Shown here: piece after piece, positions 52,990-62,760 of the stretch
How positions within the stretch are numbered: position 1 is the stretch's first letter
How the letters are laid out: each line of letters opens with the position of its first letter
From: Raillietiella orientalis
Taxonomy: Eukaryota
NCBI GenBank assembly: GCA_036172245.1
Contig: JAYWIR010000037.1
Coordinates: forward strand, 992,001-1,056,000
Reading direction: 5' to 3'
DNA: 64,000 nt
Program-made: the position numbers and the translations under genes
The notes under the pieces: generated by a model
Databases searched by the model: none
The model's input: the letters and a program-made list of their open reading frames with translations, nothing else
Told to the model about the DNA's origin: nothing

Positions 52990-53790
52990 TATGAGCGCCT
53001 TAATAACCGTGGTGGCTTCAATGAAATCGGCGAGACGAAATGAGCCCTGCCCTGCACTGGACTGAGATGCCTATTTATCACATCGAATAACCAGATTCCA
53101 ATACTCGCTGATATTCTCTTTCGGTACTTAGGGAACAAAATGTACGCACAGAAGTTGCAAAAAATTTTCATTCATTTCGCAGTAAATATTCCTGGGATTT
53201 GGTTCAAGATCCTGCTCAGATGACAATAACAACATCACGTGAGGATGATACATCTACTTAAAGTACATAATTGCCACTTATCTCATCCGTGGATGAGTGA
53301 CTATGAGCGACAGCACTGTAAAATTTTCATGTAGAATGTTTGACATCAAAAGTTTTGCATGTATACATGCCATCTTGGATTTTTTTGCTAGAAGAAAAAA
53401 CCAGCCGCATCAAAGTAGTCTGTAGAGTCTGCAGATCAGCTTGAATTAGAGAAAACCAGTATAAAAGTGATTAGTTGCTCAAAATCTCACAACAAGGAAA
53501 AAACTGATTTGGAGTTTCTTGATGAGCTCACTCTTATGGGAATCCAATTTTTGCACTCCATTCACCCGCTGGAGACACTTGCAAAGCAGCATAGCATCTA
53601 AAATGGGAAGCTGAACTTTGGATTCCGAAACTTAGAGAAAAGAGCCGATAAACGTCTTTCCCAATAGGTGTTTTCGTAACACACGATGCAATACAGAACT
53701 GATATGTTTTCTTCAGTAGTCGCTGAGAAAGTTCCAACTAATCGTCGACATAATCATCAGCTACCATCGCATGAAAATTGATTATCATAT
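52990..53790 (-). mobile_element. decayed LINE APE relic convergent on the previous one
   Basis: LELSQRLLKKTYQFCIASCVTK (cf. ELxxxL....DICxLxETK) and IFCNFCAY...IGIWLFDVINRHL (cf. GDFNAH...GxxLxDxIxxxxL). Confidence 0.38.
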
Positions 53791-54499
53791 GATAGCTGAA
53801 AAAAAATATGAACTTGTGTAATTCAGCTCTAAAATTTTCATTTCTTCTTCACTCCCATGCTGATGGTCACTCGGCGGTGAATGGCACATTTTTCTCATCC
53901 AGAAAGAAATTCTCAACACGCATCAGCGGGATTCGTCAACGGTGGATCTGCGTCAGATCAAAATGCATCAAATCATCATTTCCTTTTTATCAAACCCCCT
54001 CCACCGTGAGCCCATGCCCGGGCACTGGGCGGGAGTTCTGCTTGTTGGTTCCCCCCGTGCTCATTCGTTTGAGGCACAATAAATGAGACTCACCGTTCGT
54101 ATCGCGGTCTCACAAGCGCATGAGGAAGTACTCGATGCGCATCAACGCTTTCACCCTCACGGGAGAATCACCTTCTTAGTATGAAGAGTACAGCATCTCA
54201 GCGATGAGTTGTTCATAAAGTTACGTTCCTTTGGTCAGGAACTGCGATTCGATTTCTTGACAGATACTCATGCATGTAGAACTCTACTAGAAATGGATCG
54301 ACTATCCAGTTGGTCTCCAGGCGAAGAAATTGCGGAAACCGTCTGCTGTCAGCAAGAACAGCTAGAGCGCAGGAGCAGTGAAGTAGAAAGTGAAATAGAG
54401 ACCCTCGACTGCAGCTCGTGGGAATCTGAGAACATCCTTATTGCTCGAATTCATCTCATTTTTCAGATTCATTTGGAATCTGAAACATTAGGGAAATCA

Positions 54500-54800
54500 T
54501 AACTATGATGCGGTGACGGTTCATTTTAACTTCTCTTGGTTATTTCTGTCAGGTCTCTCTACTCCAGCATTCCGCATGTGACTGTCTGGAAATCCACAGT
54601 AAAGTAAGCATCCCCCCTTTTTCTCTGATTCAGATTTGCAGCTGCGAACTGTGCATCCAAATGGTCCAGTTAAACAAAGGACTGTCTCGGTCTCTCCTTG
54701 AATGCTGTCTCGAGAATGCCTTCTCTCCTGCTATGGTAAAAAGTTTCATTTCATGTGGGTCCAGCCATATGACGGGGATGGAGATGCTCCTGCATTCCTG
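54500..54800 (+). mobile_element. decayed LINE RNase H relic upstream of the IR2 left arm
   Basis: CGDGS (~54510; cf. YTDGS), SIPPFFSDSDLQLRTV (cf. LPxxxSVFxAELxAI), KKFHFMWVQPYDGDG (~54740-54785; cf. IxFxWVPGHxGIxG). Confidence 0.42.
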
Positions 54801-54972
54801 TGTATCAAGTGTTGCGCCACAGTGTTTTCCTGCATCATTTCTATGCTTGTGGATCTTCGATTACATATAGAAATTTCATGCTTTATCATTTGCAATCTTG
54901 CGGGATTTCCCTAAAGTTTCGCTTAGTGACGAGCCTGACATCTTGTTGAGAAAATCTCACTCATCTGGACAG

Positions 54973-55361
54973 ATGCCTGGTTCTGTGGCCCGCACTTTTT
55001 CCCAAGCATGGCTTTCGCATCCTTGTGGGAGAACATGTAGGAATCTGATGAGGCAGGGAACGAATTACCCCTTTTCACGGAAGAGGCGAGCATCGTTCAG
55101 AAACGGGCAGGAGGCGAGGGCGGTCACCACCAGTCCCGGCCAATTTCCCCTCAGAGACGTCCCATGTTTTAGTGTTCTCCTTATCACGATTGGTCACGAA
55201 AGTCCAGAGGGTGTGTACGATCGCTCTCTTTTTGCCACAGAGAACGCGGATCTAGCTGACCGGACAAGAAGCACACCATCCAAAATGACGACTCGCCGCA
55301 TGCCAGCATTCCGTTGGGTCGGAAACTGAAGCAAATTTCAGCACTTCGTGTCAAAGCTCAA
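54973..55361 (+). repeat. inverted repeat IR2, left arm (389 bp)
   Basis: Reverse complement of 57077-57465. By eye, 55039-55361 (323 bp) is identical, and all 8 mismatches lie in the outer 66 bp. Confidence 0.97.
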
Positions 55362-55639
55362 TTACCTCTCTTCGTGGAAGAGGAAAGCGGAACTAGGGTG
55401 ATGTGTTTTGAACTGAGGAAACAGTGTAGTGCACTGTTTCTCGGTCAGATCAGATCGGAAATTGAATGATAGGGACCTTTAAGGTTGCCAACGTGAGAAT
55501 TACTCGAAAACTCTCTCAGAGATCCACCTGAAACGAATGCATCATTTTGCTTCCCTCTCTTGCGAATTCTCTTCTGGCACTTGTTCTCTGGTAGCCCTGC
55601 CACGATCCCTTTCAGTCGTAAAGGCTTGTGAGAGCGTCC

Positions 55640-55830
55640 CTTAGAAGGCTGTCTGTTTCTGACTTTTGCTCCGAGAAAAGCAATCAGAGAAAATTCCTGA
55701 ACGAGTTTTATGATGTCCACTCGTTTCAAATTGCACTGTTATCAAGGAAGAAACACGGAGGCAATTCCCCCAAACGTGTACCTATTAGGCGTTGGTACAA
55801 ATGCATGGAACAGAGACACTCGATCTGTCT
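55640..55830 (+). mobile_element. decayed APE N-terminal relic inside the IR2 spacer
   Basis: RKFLNEFYDVHSFQIALLSRKKH...RVPIRRWYK (cf. ELxxFLxxHxIDIALLSETH...IPGY). Confidence 0.33.
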
Positions 55831-56299
55831 TCGTAATTGGAATTTTTTTTTTTGCTTTCTCCTCTTCCTTCTCAGTGCTCCCCGGTTGCAATCGTTCTTC
55901 CATATGGAAAATCTAGTCTTACCACTCTCTTCTCCAGGCATTCCTTCTGCTCAGGAGCCCACCGAAACGAGGTCTTTCATGTCTGGTACATGGAGGAAGA
56001 AAATCAAAAGGGGAAGCGAGAATCGATATCACGACTCCAACGCCCTGGCATCGATTGCGGCGCATGAGAATCCTAGCACATCCTTAAATTTTCTTTTCAG
56101 ATAAAAGTGGTATTCTGTGATGGTTCATTGTTTTGACCGTGACCTATTTAAGAGAGGAAACAGAGACGGCAGCCTCGTCCGGTTAAGGCAGTCAGCCGGT
56201 AGCACGATCCGGGTTTTCTCTCCATTCATAAACAATCCGAGGTACCGTGATATATGAATCCGTTCAGGCTCAGTTTTCAGCAGAGACTTTGCTCTCAGA

Positions 56300-57065
56300 T
56301 ACCTTTCGGGATTACTGGGAACAACCTTACAATCGGCTCCTCTCTTCCATTCAAGGTTCTCTTTCGTCGGTGGTAAAGAAACTTCTAGCTCCAGAGGATT
56401 CGAAACCTCTGTTTTTCTAAGAATCGTTTCGATACTGTTGCCACCTGCTCGGCGGTTTCCAGCCAGTTCGTGACTCTTATCATGTTTCATCATGGACATA
56501 TGGGCGAGCAGATCCCCAGGAAACCAGCTGTGATTTTCAGATCTACAGCACACACTCTCGGTGAGAAACTCGAACCAGCTTCGCTCATCAGTTTGTCGGT
56601 TCTGATATTAAGAGGTGCGGCATGGTCAAAGCTCCCTAAAGTAACCAGACAACAAATAATTGTGCATCCAGACTCACCCAAAATTATGGAAGTCTCCGTC
56701 CAACAGGAAATCAGATCCTCATTTGTGCATAAGGACTGAAGGAAACGGTCAGATGATTTACTTGGATCTACTTGGATATCATGCATGAAGAATGCACCAT
56801 CCTGGTCGTCTCAGAGCGAGCCATGGCTGGAAGTTGAATAAACGGCTTAACATAAGATACACAAGCTATTGAATTACTGGAATGGCTCATTCGATGACTT
56901 TGTGTGTATTGGACAACTTGGAAAACCTTCGTTTAGACTTCTGTTGGAAAATACAAACGCAAACCTTCAGCCAGATAAGGATACAATCCAAGACTGCTGC
57001 CCTTTCTCAAGCAGTGTTCCAACGGCTGAGACGGCAGTTGAGATTTGCTATTGATGGACGTCTAA
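56300..57065 (-). mobile_element. decayed APE relic inside the IR2 spacer, starting ~20 bp inside the right arm
   Basis: SIANLNCR...VCIFQQ (cf. IAxLNCR...DVxCLQE), VTLGSFDHAAP, and FPGDLLAH...NRRAGGNSIETIL...PPT (cf. GDLNAH...NxRGxxL...PT). Confidence 0.48.
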
Positions 57066-57076
57066 TTGCTTCATTC

Positions 57077-57465
57077 TTGAGCTTTGACACGAAGTGCTGA
57101 AATTTGCTTCAGTTTCCGACCCAACGGAATGCTGGCATGCGGCGAGTCGTCATTTTGGATGGTGTGCTTCTTGTCCGGTCAGCTAGATCCGCGTTCTCTG
57201 TGGCAAAAAGAGAGCGATCGTACACACCCTCTGGACTTTCGTGACCAATCGTGATAAGGAGAACACTAAAACATGGGACGTCTCTGAGGGGAAATTGGCC
57301 GGGACTGGTGGTGACCGCCCTCGCCTCCTGCCCGTTTCTGAACGATGCTCGCCTCTTCCGTGAAAAGGGGTAATTCGTTCCCTGCCTCATCAGATTCCTG
57401 CATGTTCTCCCACAAGGATGCGGAAGCCATGCTTGGGAAAAAGTATGAGCCACAGAATGGGGCAT
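57077..57465 (-). repeat. inverted repeat IR2, right arm
   Basis: Reverse complement of 54973-55361. Shared peptide in ORFs 54898..55329 + and 57109..57975 -. Confidence 0.97.
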
Positions 57466-57975
57466 GCACTTGAACAGCACGAGCTGCATCGTATGGGTGA
57501 AGAATTTAGACGCTTCGCTGTTACCATGACCTGGAACTGACACCAGTTGCACAATCAGACCTGCATGGGTGGAATGACGAATCAGGTACTGACATTCTTC
57601 CGTGCACGAGCGAAACGAATCCCATGTGCCATCTTGAGAAGGGATACCTGTCAAAAGGAGAGAACAGAAAATTCGAGGTACCGATGTTGGAACTGTCAGC
57701 ATGCAAGCAGCTCGAGTTCGCTCCGCGGTTCTAGATTTTCCACGCTCGTACGTCCAGATCTGGAGAACACAGTTCGTTCTCAGGAGAGAGAGAGAGAGAT
57801 TTCCGTAGCTTTTCATCTCGAGGACCTCCAATCTCAGGGTGCTCGTCCATATAACGATGGTCTGCTTAGGAAAAGCTTCGGGCATACTTTTTTTTAATAT
57901 CAAGGGAAGCTGCGAACGGGACCAAGTTTCGAATGAACCTGTCAACTTGGCAGCACTGCACAGTTTCGTTTTCAA
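57109..57975 (-). pseudogene. 288-codon open frame resembling the RNase H end and C-terminus of an I-group LINE ORF2
   Basis: IVQLVSVPGHGNSEA (cf. VxLxWVPGHxGIxGNE), FSQAWLPHPCGRTCRNL (cf. WQxxWxxxxxGRxxxxL), LLITIGHE (cf. LRTGH), STPSKMTTRRMPAF (position of ETxxHxLxxCP; zinc ligands lost). Confidence 0.5.
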
Positions 57976-59199
57976 ATGAAGACACTGGATAAGCCACGAG
58001 GTCTGGAAGCCACTTCAATTACTTTCACAATACGAAGCACGTAAGTTTTGGGAAAAAGCAAACACCCTAGAGAGGAGGTCAGCCCTGAGGGAAAGCGGGA
58101 TGCCTATCACAAATGGTTAAGCGATTATTTGATTAGATAGAGATTCTCGGCGCTTCTTCATGGCGTGAACAGTCTGGAGACCGCTTGAATTTTTTTGATG
58201 CGGAGTGCACAACCAAATCAACCATACCCATTTGATTCACCCCCACCTCGATTCAATCGCAGCAGTTTATCCTCTGGAGTCAAATTCATCATTACATTGA
58301 CCGACTCTCGCCCTTTCTTTGCACTCCCGTTATTTGATTCGAAGTGCATTCAACAACTTTCGTCAATCAAGCAGAGTTTTCCCTGGCAAGGAAGGAGTCC
58401 GGATGTCAGAGGGCATCCATGGTAAGCGGAGCCTTCGATGAGCTTCCGCTTAGGCAAGGAGCCTGATCCAAAAGGAAAAGAGAAGGAAAAGGAAATTCGG
58501 CAGCGGAGATTCGTACTTTCCGCGGCACCCTTTCGCCCGATTCAGGTTACCTTTTCAGGCCTTTGCTGCCGTCTGTCCATTGCCTGGCCCCATAGCGCTT
58601 CTGCTCAACCTTCTCTCACACTGTCTAACCATTCCAAGTTCAAGGATCATTGACCTCTGTAATGAAGTTTTACTTCCGTGTCAGCGATCCTCGGGGATCC
58701 TGCTCCAAGTGCGTGACGAACCGAAGCAGGAAGAATTCGAAAATACCTGCAGAGAGAGTCTGGGAAATCAGGCTGAAGGTAGAAGAGTATCATCGTCCAC
58801 TAAAAAGTTAATGCGAGATAACAAAGCATGATGGAAAGATGCAGACGCAGCGTCCCGGCCACACGAGTTCCCTTTGAACAGCAAGAGACTTTAATGGCGG
58901 AAAGACGGTCGTCTCTTGTCTGATCGGGCATGCTGAACAAACACACTGCATGCGGCCCTCGAGTTTAAAATTCTCAGATAGGAGTGGCTACTTTTTACAG
59001 GAAGAGGAGTGGTTACGCGAGCGACACGCGAGATGCATCCTCAGGACGCGATGTGGTGGGACAGGCAAATGAAATCGAAAAAGGCCGGGAAAAAGTAGCC
59101 CTAGGGTCGGTTCTCAAACCGGAAGCCGAGATTCTCCCTTTGGGATCACCAAACCGCTAAAATTCTCCGCTTCCGGGAGAAAACCAGCTCGGAAAAACG

Positions 59200-59420
59200 G
59201 AAGGAGGGCTCGTTCGGAATCGAAACACTACGCTGCCAGAGAGTGGGGGTCCCTGTCTTCTTGTGCTCTAGAACAAACTCCGAATTAGAATTCAGGATCG
59301 CCTACCTTTCGCGAACTCCATTGCCATGGATGAGAATACTGGCTGGACCATGCGTAACCGTGGTAGGCGACATACGAGTAATCTGGTCCACTACCTCTCG
59401 ATATCTTCGGGTGTCACTCT
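59200..59420 (+). mobile_element. decayed Ty3/gypsy RNase H relic
   Basis: SFGIETLRCQRVGVPVFLCS...EFRIAYLSRT...VIWSTTSRYL (cf. PFxLxTDASxxGxGAVLxQ...PIAYxSRxL...VVWAxxxFRxYL). Confidence 0.58.
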
Positions 59421-60739
59421 TACGAGACAGACTGGAAACACCGATGGATGCTGTCTCTCTTTTCGTCTTCGTCTGCACGAGGATGGAAACCCCGAGCTCC
59501 AGGAGATCTCCTTCCGGTGAGGTTCTCCTCGTCTACGGATGATCGGCGAGAACCCGGGAAAGGGTCCGCTTCCGCACACTTTGAAGTTTTACCCAAAGCG
59601 CACTCCTCCCGAGGAGACGCATCTTCAAAACCGTCTCGAAAGATCCCGGCAAGGGATCGAGAGGGGCGTCGGTATTCCTGGAAGCTGAGAAAACCGACGC
59701 GAGGGGAATCTCGTGCTGTCCTCCCCTTGGTTCGAAAATCCCTCTACAAATCCAGGAGCATTTTTGCCGATCCACCTCGGGGGCGAGCCGAGCCGAAGGC
59801 ACGGCGAAGGGGCATCTGCGGGCTGAGAGAAGCTCGGAGGGTTGAATCGGAAGGATGGTCGTCCCTCCATTCACAGTCCGAGGTGCTAGGCGCAAGACTA
59901 CTCGACACGCGGCGTCCACGTCACCGTTGCTACAAAACGGCGAGCCGCGACGGCAGAGATTGAGCGCCCGATCAGCCACACGGAAGGTCGGAAAATCAGG
60001 GCGATTAAGATGAGAAGGCACGATGCACGGAGCGAGCGAAAGAGGACTGGCGACGTGCAGCACGGTGCAGAGGGCCCCTATGAAAAATCACGTTCCGTGG
60101 CAGATCGATGTGTTCATCGCCGGCGAAGGCGGAGCGACGGCGCTGCTGACAAGTCGGTGCAGCTGGGAAAGAAAAAAAAAAAAAAAAAAGGAGTCTGAAA
60201 AGAATCCCGCCGAGATGCACACGAAGAAGGAAGGGGAGGACAGAAAGAAAGCATGTCGCTGCCGTGCTTCTGGGTTCAGGTGAGAGCGGACGCGACGCTG
60301 CTGCTGCCACTGGCGGGAAACAGAAAACAAAAAAAAGGGGGAGACAGGGTGGGATAGGGTAGAGGAAAGAGAATCTTTTGTTTTGAACGCATCGCGACAA
60401 ACTGGTGAAAGGAGGGGAGTTTTTCGGAGAGAGTGGCGTTGCCGTGCCTGGTACTTAAGAAAGGAGGAGATGAGGCTACTTCAGCTCTATCTTAGCGCAA
60501 GCCCTACGCTCTGGAAGTCTCGAGATCTGCAAAGCACCCCAGGATTACGGAGCAAGAGACACTCAGCCGAGTTGCCGCAGTTTCCTGCCGCCCTCCGGAA
60601 AAGGAGCACCCACAAGTATCGTTTCGAATGCACACTGTAGGGCGCCACCCAAAACATCCCGTTGGCCATCTGAAGGATGGGTTTCGTCCGACCAGAACTT
60701 CCCCTGCTGATCTAGAGGATCGAATCCACAGGAGCGCCG

Positions 60740-61903
60740 CGTTGGAGCGGCTGTGTGGCTGCGGCCTCCACGCGTGGTGCCGCGAGTTGTGGGTTCAAAT
60801 CTCACCAGGGAAAGCATCAACGCCGAGAAATGGGTGAGTCGTTGGTTTCGAGTCCCCATCCGCAGGATGACGTTGGTTGTCGCATATTTGGGTATGGCAC
60901 TGGTTGACATCTGGTGACTCTGGGGCGTTTATTTATAAACATTCATGTCTGTGTCAGGACGTTTGATCCTGCCACGTTACTTATTAATACGAGGAGGAAC
61001 CTGCCGGGAACTGGCACGCAAGCCAGCAGGGTTCGCCTCGGCAGCACAAGGGAAGGGAAGACAAACAAAAATAAAATCATAAAACAAAAAAACATGCCGT
61101 CAAAAAAATGGGGGAATTTGGGAAGAGATCCCTATGTGCTGGAAGGTGTCCTCTGCATCCTTGTAAGAATGCCGGCAAATTCCTGTTTCAAGGCTCCCAG
61201 ATGGGGCCATCTTGACGCTGTCCTCGTGAAGAGGATAGCAAAATTGATGTCGTCCCTGTCGTCCTGGCGTCGCTCCATGTAGCCGCGATCCCTCAGCGTG
61301 GGCAGAACTGGAGCGGCACTGGTGGAAGTCGGAAACCGGATGCCCCCGTTGATCGTCCAGGATTGGAAGTCGACCTCCCGGGGGTCCTTCCAAATCACAG
61401 GGTCGCTTCCCTCCGGAGTCCCCTTCCGGTTGTGGAAACGGAGCCTCCGTCGCGTTCAATGGAGCTGGTTGATACCCCTCGGAGGGTTGCCTCTCCAGAG
61501 TGTCGCGCTGCTCTTTTCGGGGAGCGCCCTTCAGAGAACATTTCGAAGCGTCCTTCTGGGGTTCTCTTCAGAGGAGGAAACAGGAAGTGGTTTCCTTGCG
61601 GGTTTCCTCCTGAGAAGGAATCCAGGAGCAGATCCTCTTCGGGGTACCCCTCCGGTGAAAACAAGGAAGAGGTACTTTCCTTCGGAGTCCCCTTCGGAGA
61701 CAACCAGGACTAGGGTTCCCAACCAGGGGTAAGAGGATCAGACTCTTTCCTCTGGAGCCTTCCCAGATTCATGGGGTGGTCCCTTCGGGGTTGCTCCTAT
61801 AACGTGAAGAGTCACACGCCCCCTAGGGTGGCGTGGGAAGCTTCGTTGAAGAGCTTTGCGAGCCCCTCCTAAGGAGACCGACGGTTCTTCAGAACTTTGC
61901 GAA
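60740..61903 (+). mobile_element. SINE-like element, copy E, interrupted by a ~410 bp unrelated segment (60905-61314)
   Basis: Head GGCTGTGTGGCTGCGG..GGTTCAAATC and CATCC-GCA-GGATG (60857-60869). The body resumes at ~61315 and runs to the family 3' end GACGGTTCTTCAGAACTTTGCGAA. Confidence 0.85.
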
Positions 61904-62549
61904 TCAACAGCGCCAATGCTTACCCCACCTCCTCCCCTTCTTTTCCTGAGGAAACAAAGCTGCTGCATCCTTCCAGAAAGAGCGTCTGGACATCGGTTGG
62001 GTTCCCATGTCTTCCCAGGCCCCACTTAATCTCGTGTCAGCTCCAGACTTCTACGTGGAACTGTGGGCCGAAGACTGCAGGCGCTCAGATGGAGTAAATG
62101 GTCTTCATTACGGCTGCTCTTCCTTCCTTTCCAAGCTTATCCCAAGTTTCCATCCTCCTCTTCCCCCATCTCGATTTCTTTCAGAAACGGAGGAAGCTCA
62201 AGAAGAAGAAGAATAAAGATGTAATTTAAAGTCGATATTCTTCCCCCCCTTCTCCCCTCCCCCCAAGTATCAAACGGAATGTTCAACCTCATTTGATGTC
62301 AATCAACGAAGATAATAATAGGTGTGAGTCCTGGGGAGCCACAATGGGGAGCAGGTGCCATCAACACCAGCTAGCATAGTCCAGTGAAGACCATCCTCAA
62401 TGGAAGAGATGACTTGATGCAGCGCATCTATCTTAAGGGAATCTCTGTAGAGCAGGCTGGCTCCCTTGGTTGTAGATGTGCCCAGCCCCACGTTTTTTGC
62501 TCCCGTGCCGAACCTAGGGAACTAGGGACAAAAGCTTTCTTCGTCTCCC

Positions 62550-62760
62550 TGAACGGGCAGTGACGAGCCCTCGTGCCAGAAGCCAAAGTCAGAACTGCAG
62601 AATAGATAGACCGGTCCACTGTGCCTGCAGCCTCTTTGCCGAAGGGTTCAATGCTCCCCGAATGATCCTATCCGACCCAGGGGGCGAGGGACGGAGCCAC
62701 TAGCATCTCATGAGAACTTGCCAAAGAACTGTCTGGAATCCTTCCCTCTCTCCTTCAGCC
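62550..62760 (+). mobile_element. decayed Ty3/gypsy integrase core relic
   Basis: PEAKVRTAE, FNAPRMILSDPG (cf. FGAPxxIxSDxG), HLMRTCQ (cf. ELMxELC). Confidence 0.45.

Noticed and set aside
54973..57465. IR1 and IR2 as TIRs of a MITE or foldback DNA transposon
   Set aside because: No TSD, frayed rather than sharp outer ends, the two IRs are unrelated to each other, and the IR2 arm reads as LINE ORF2 sequence continuous with its flank.
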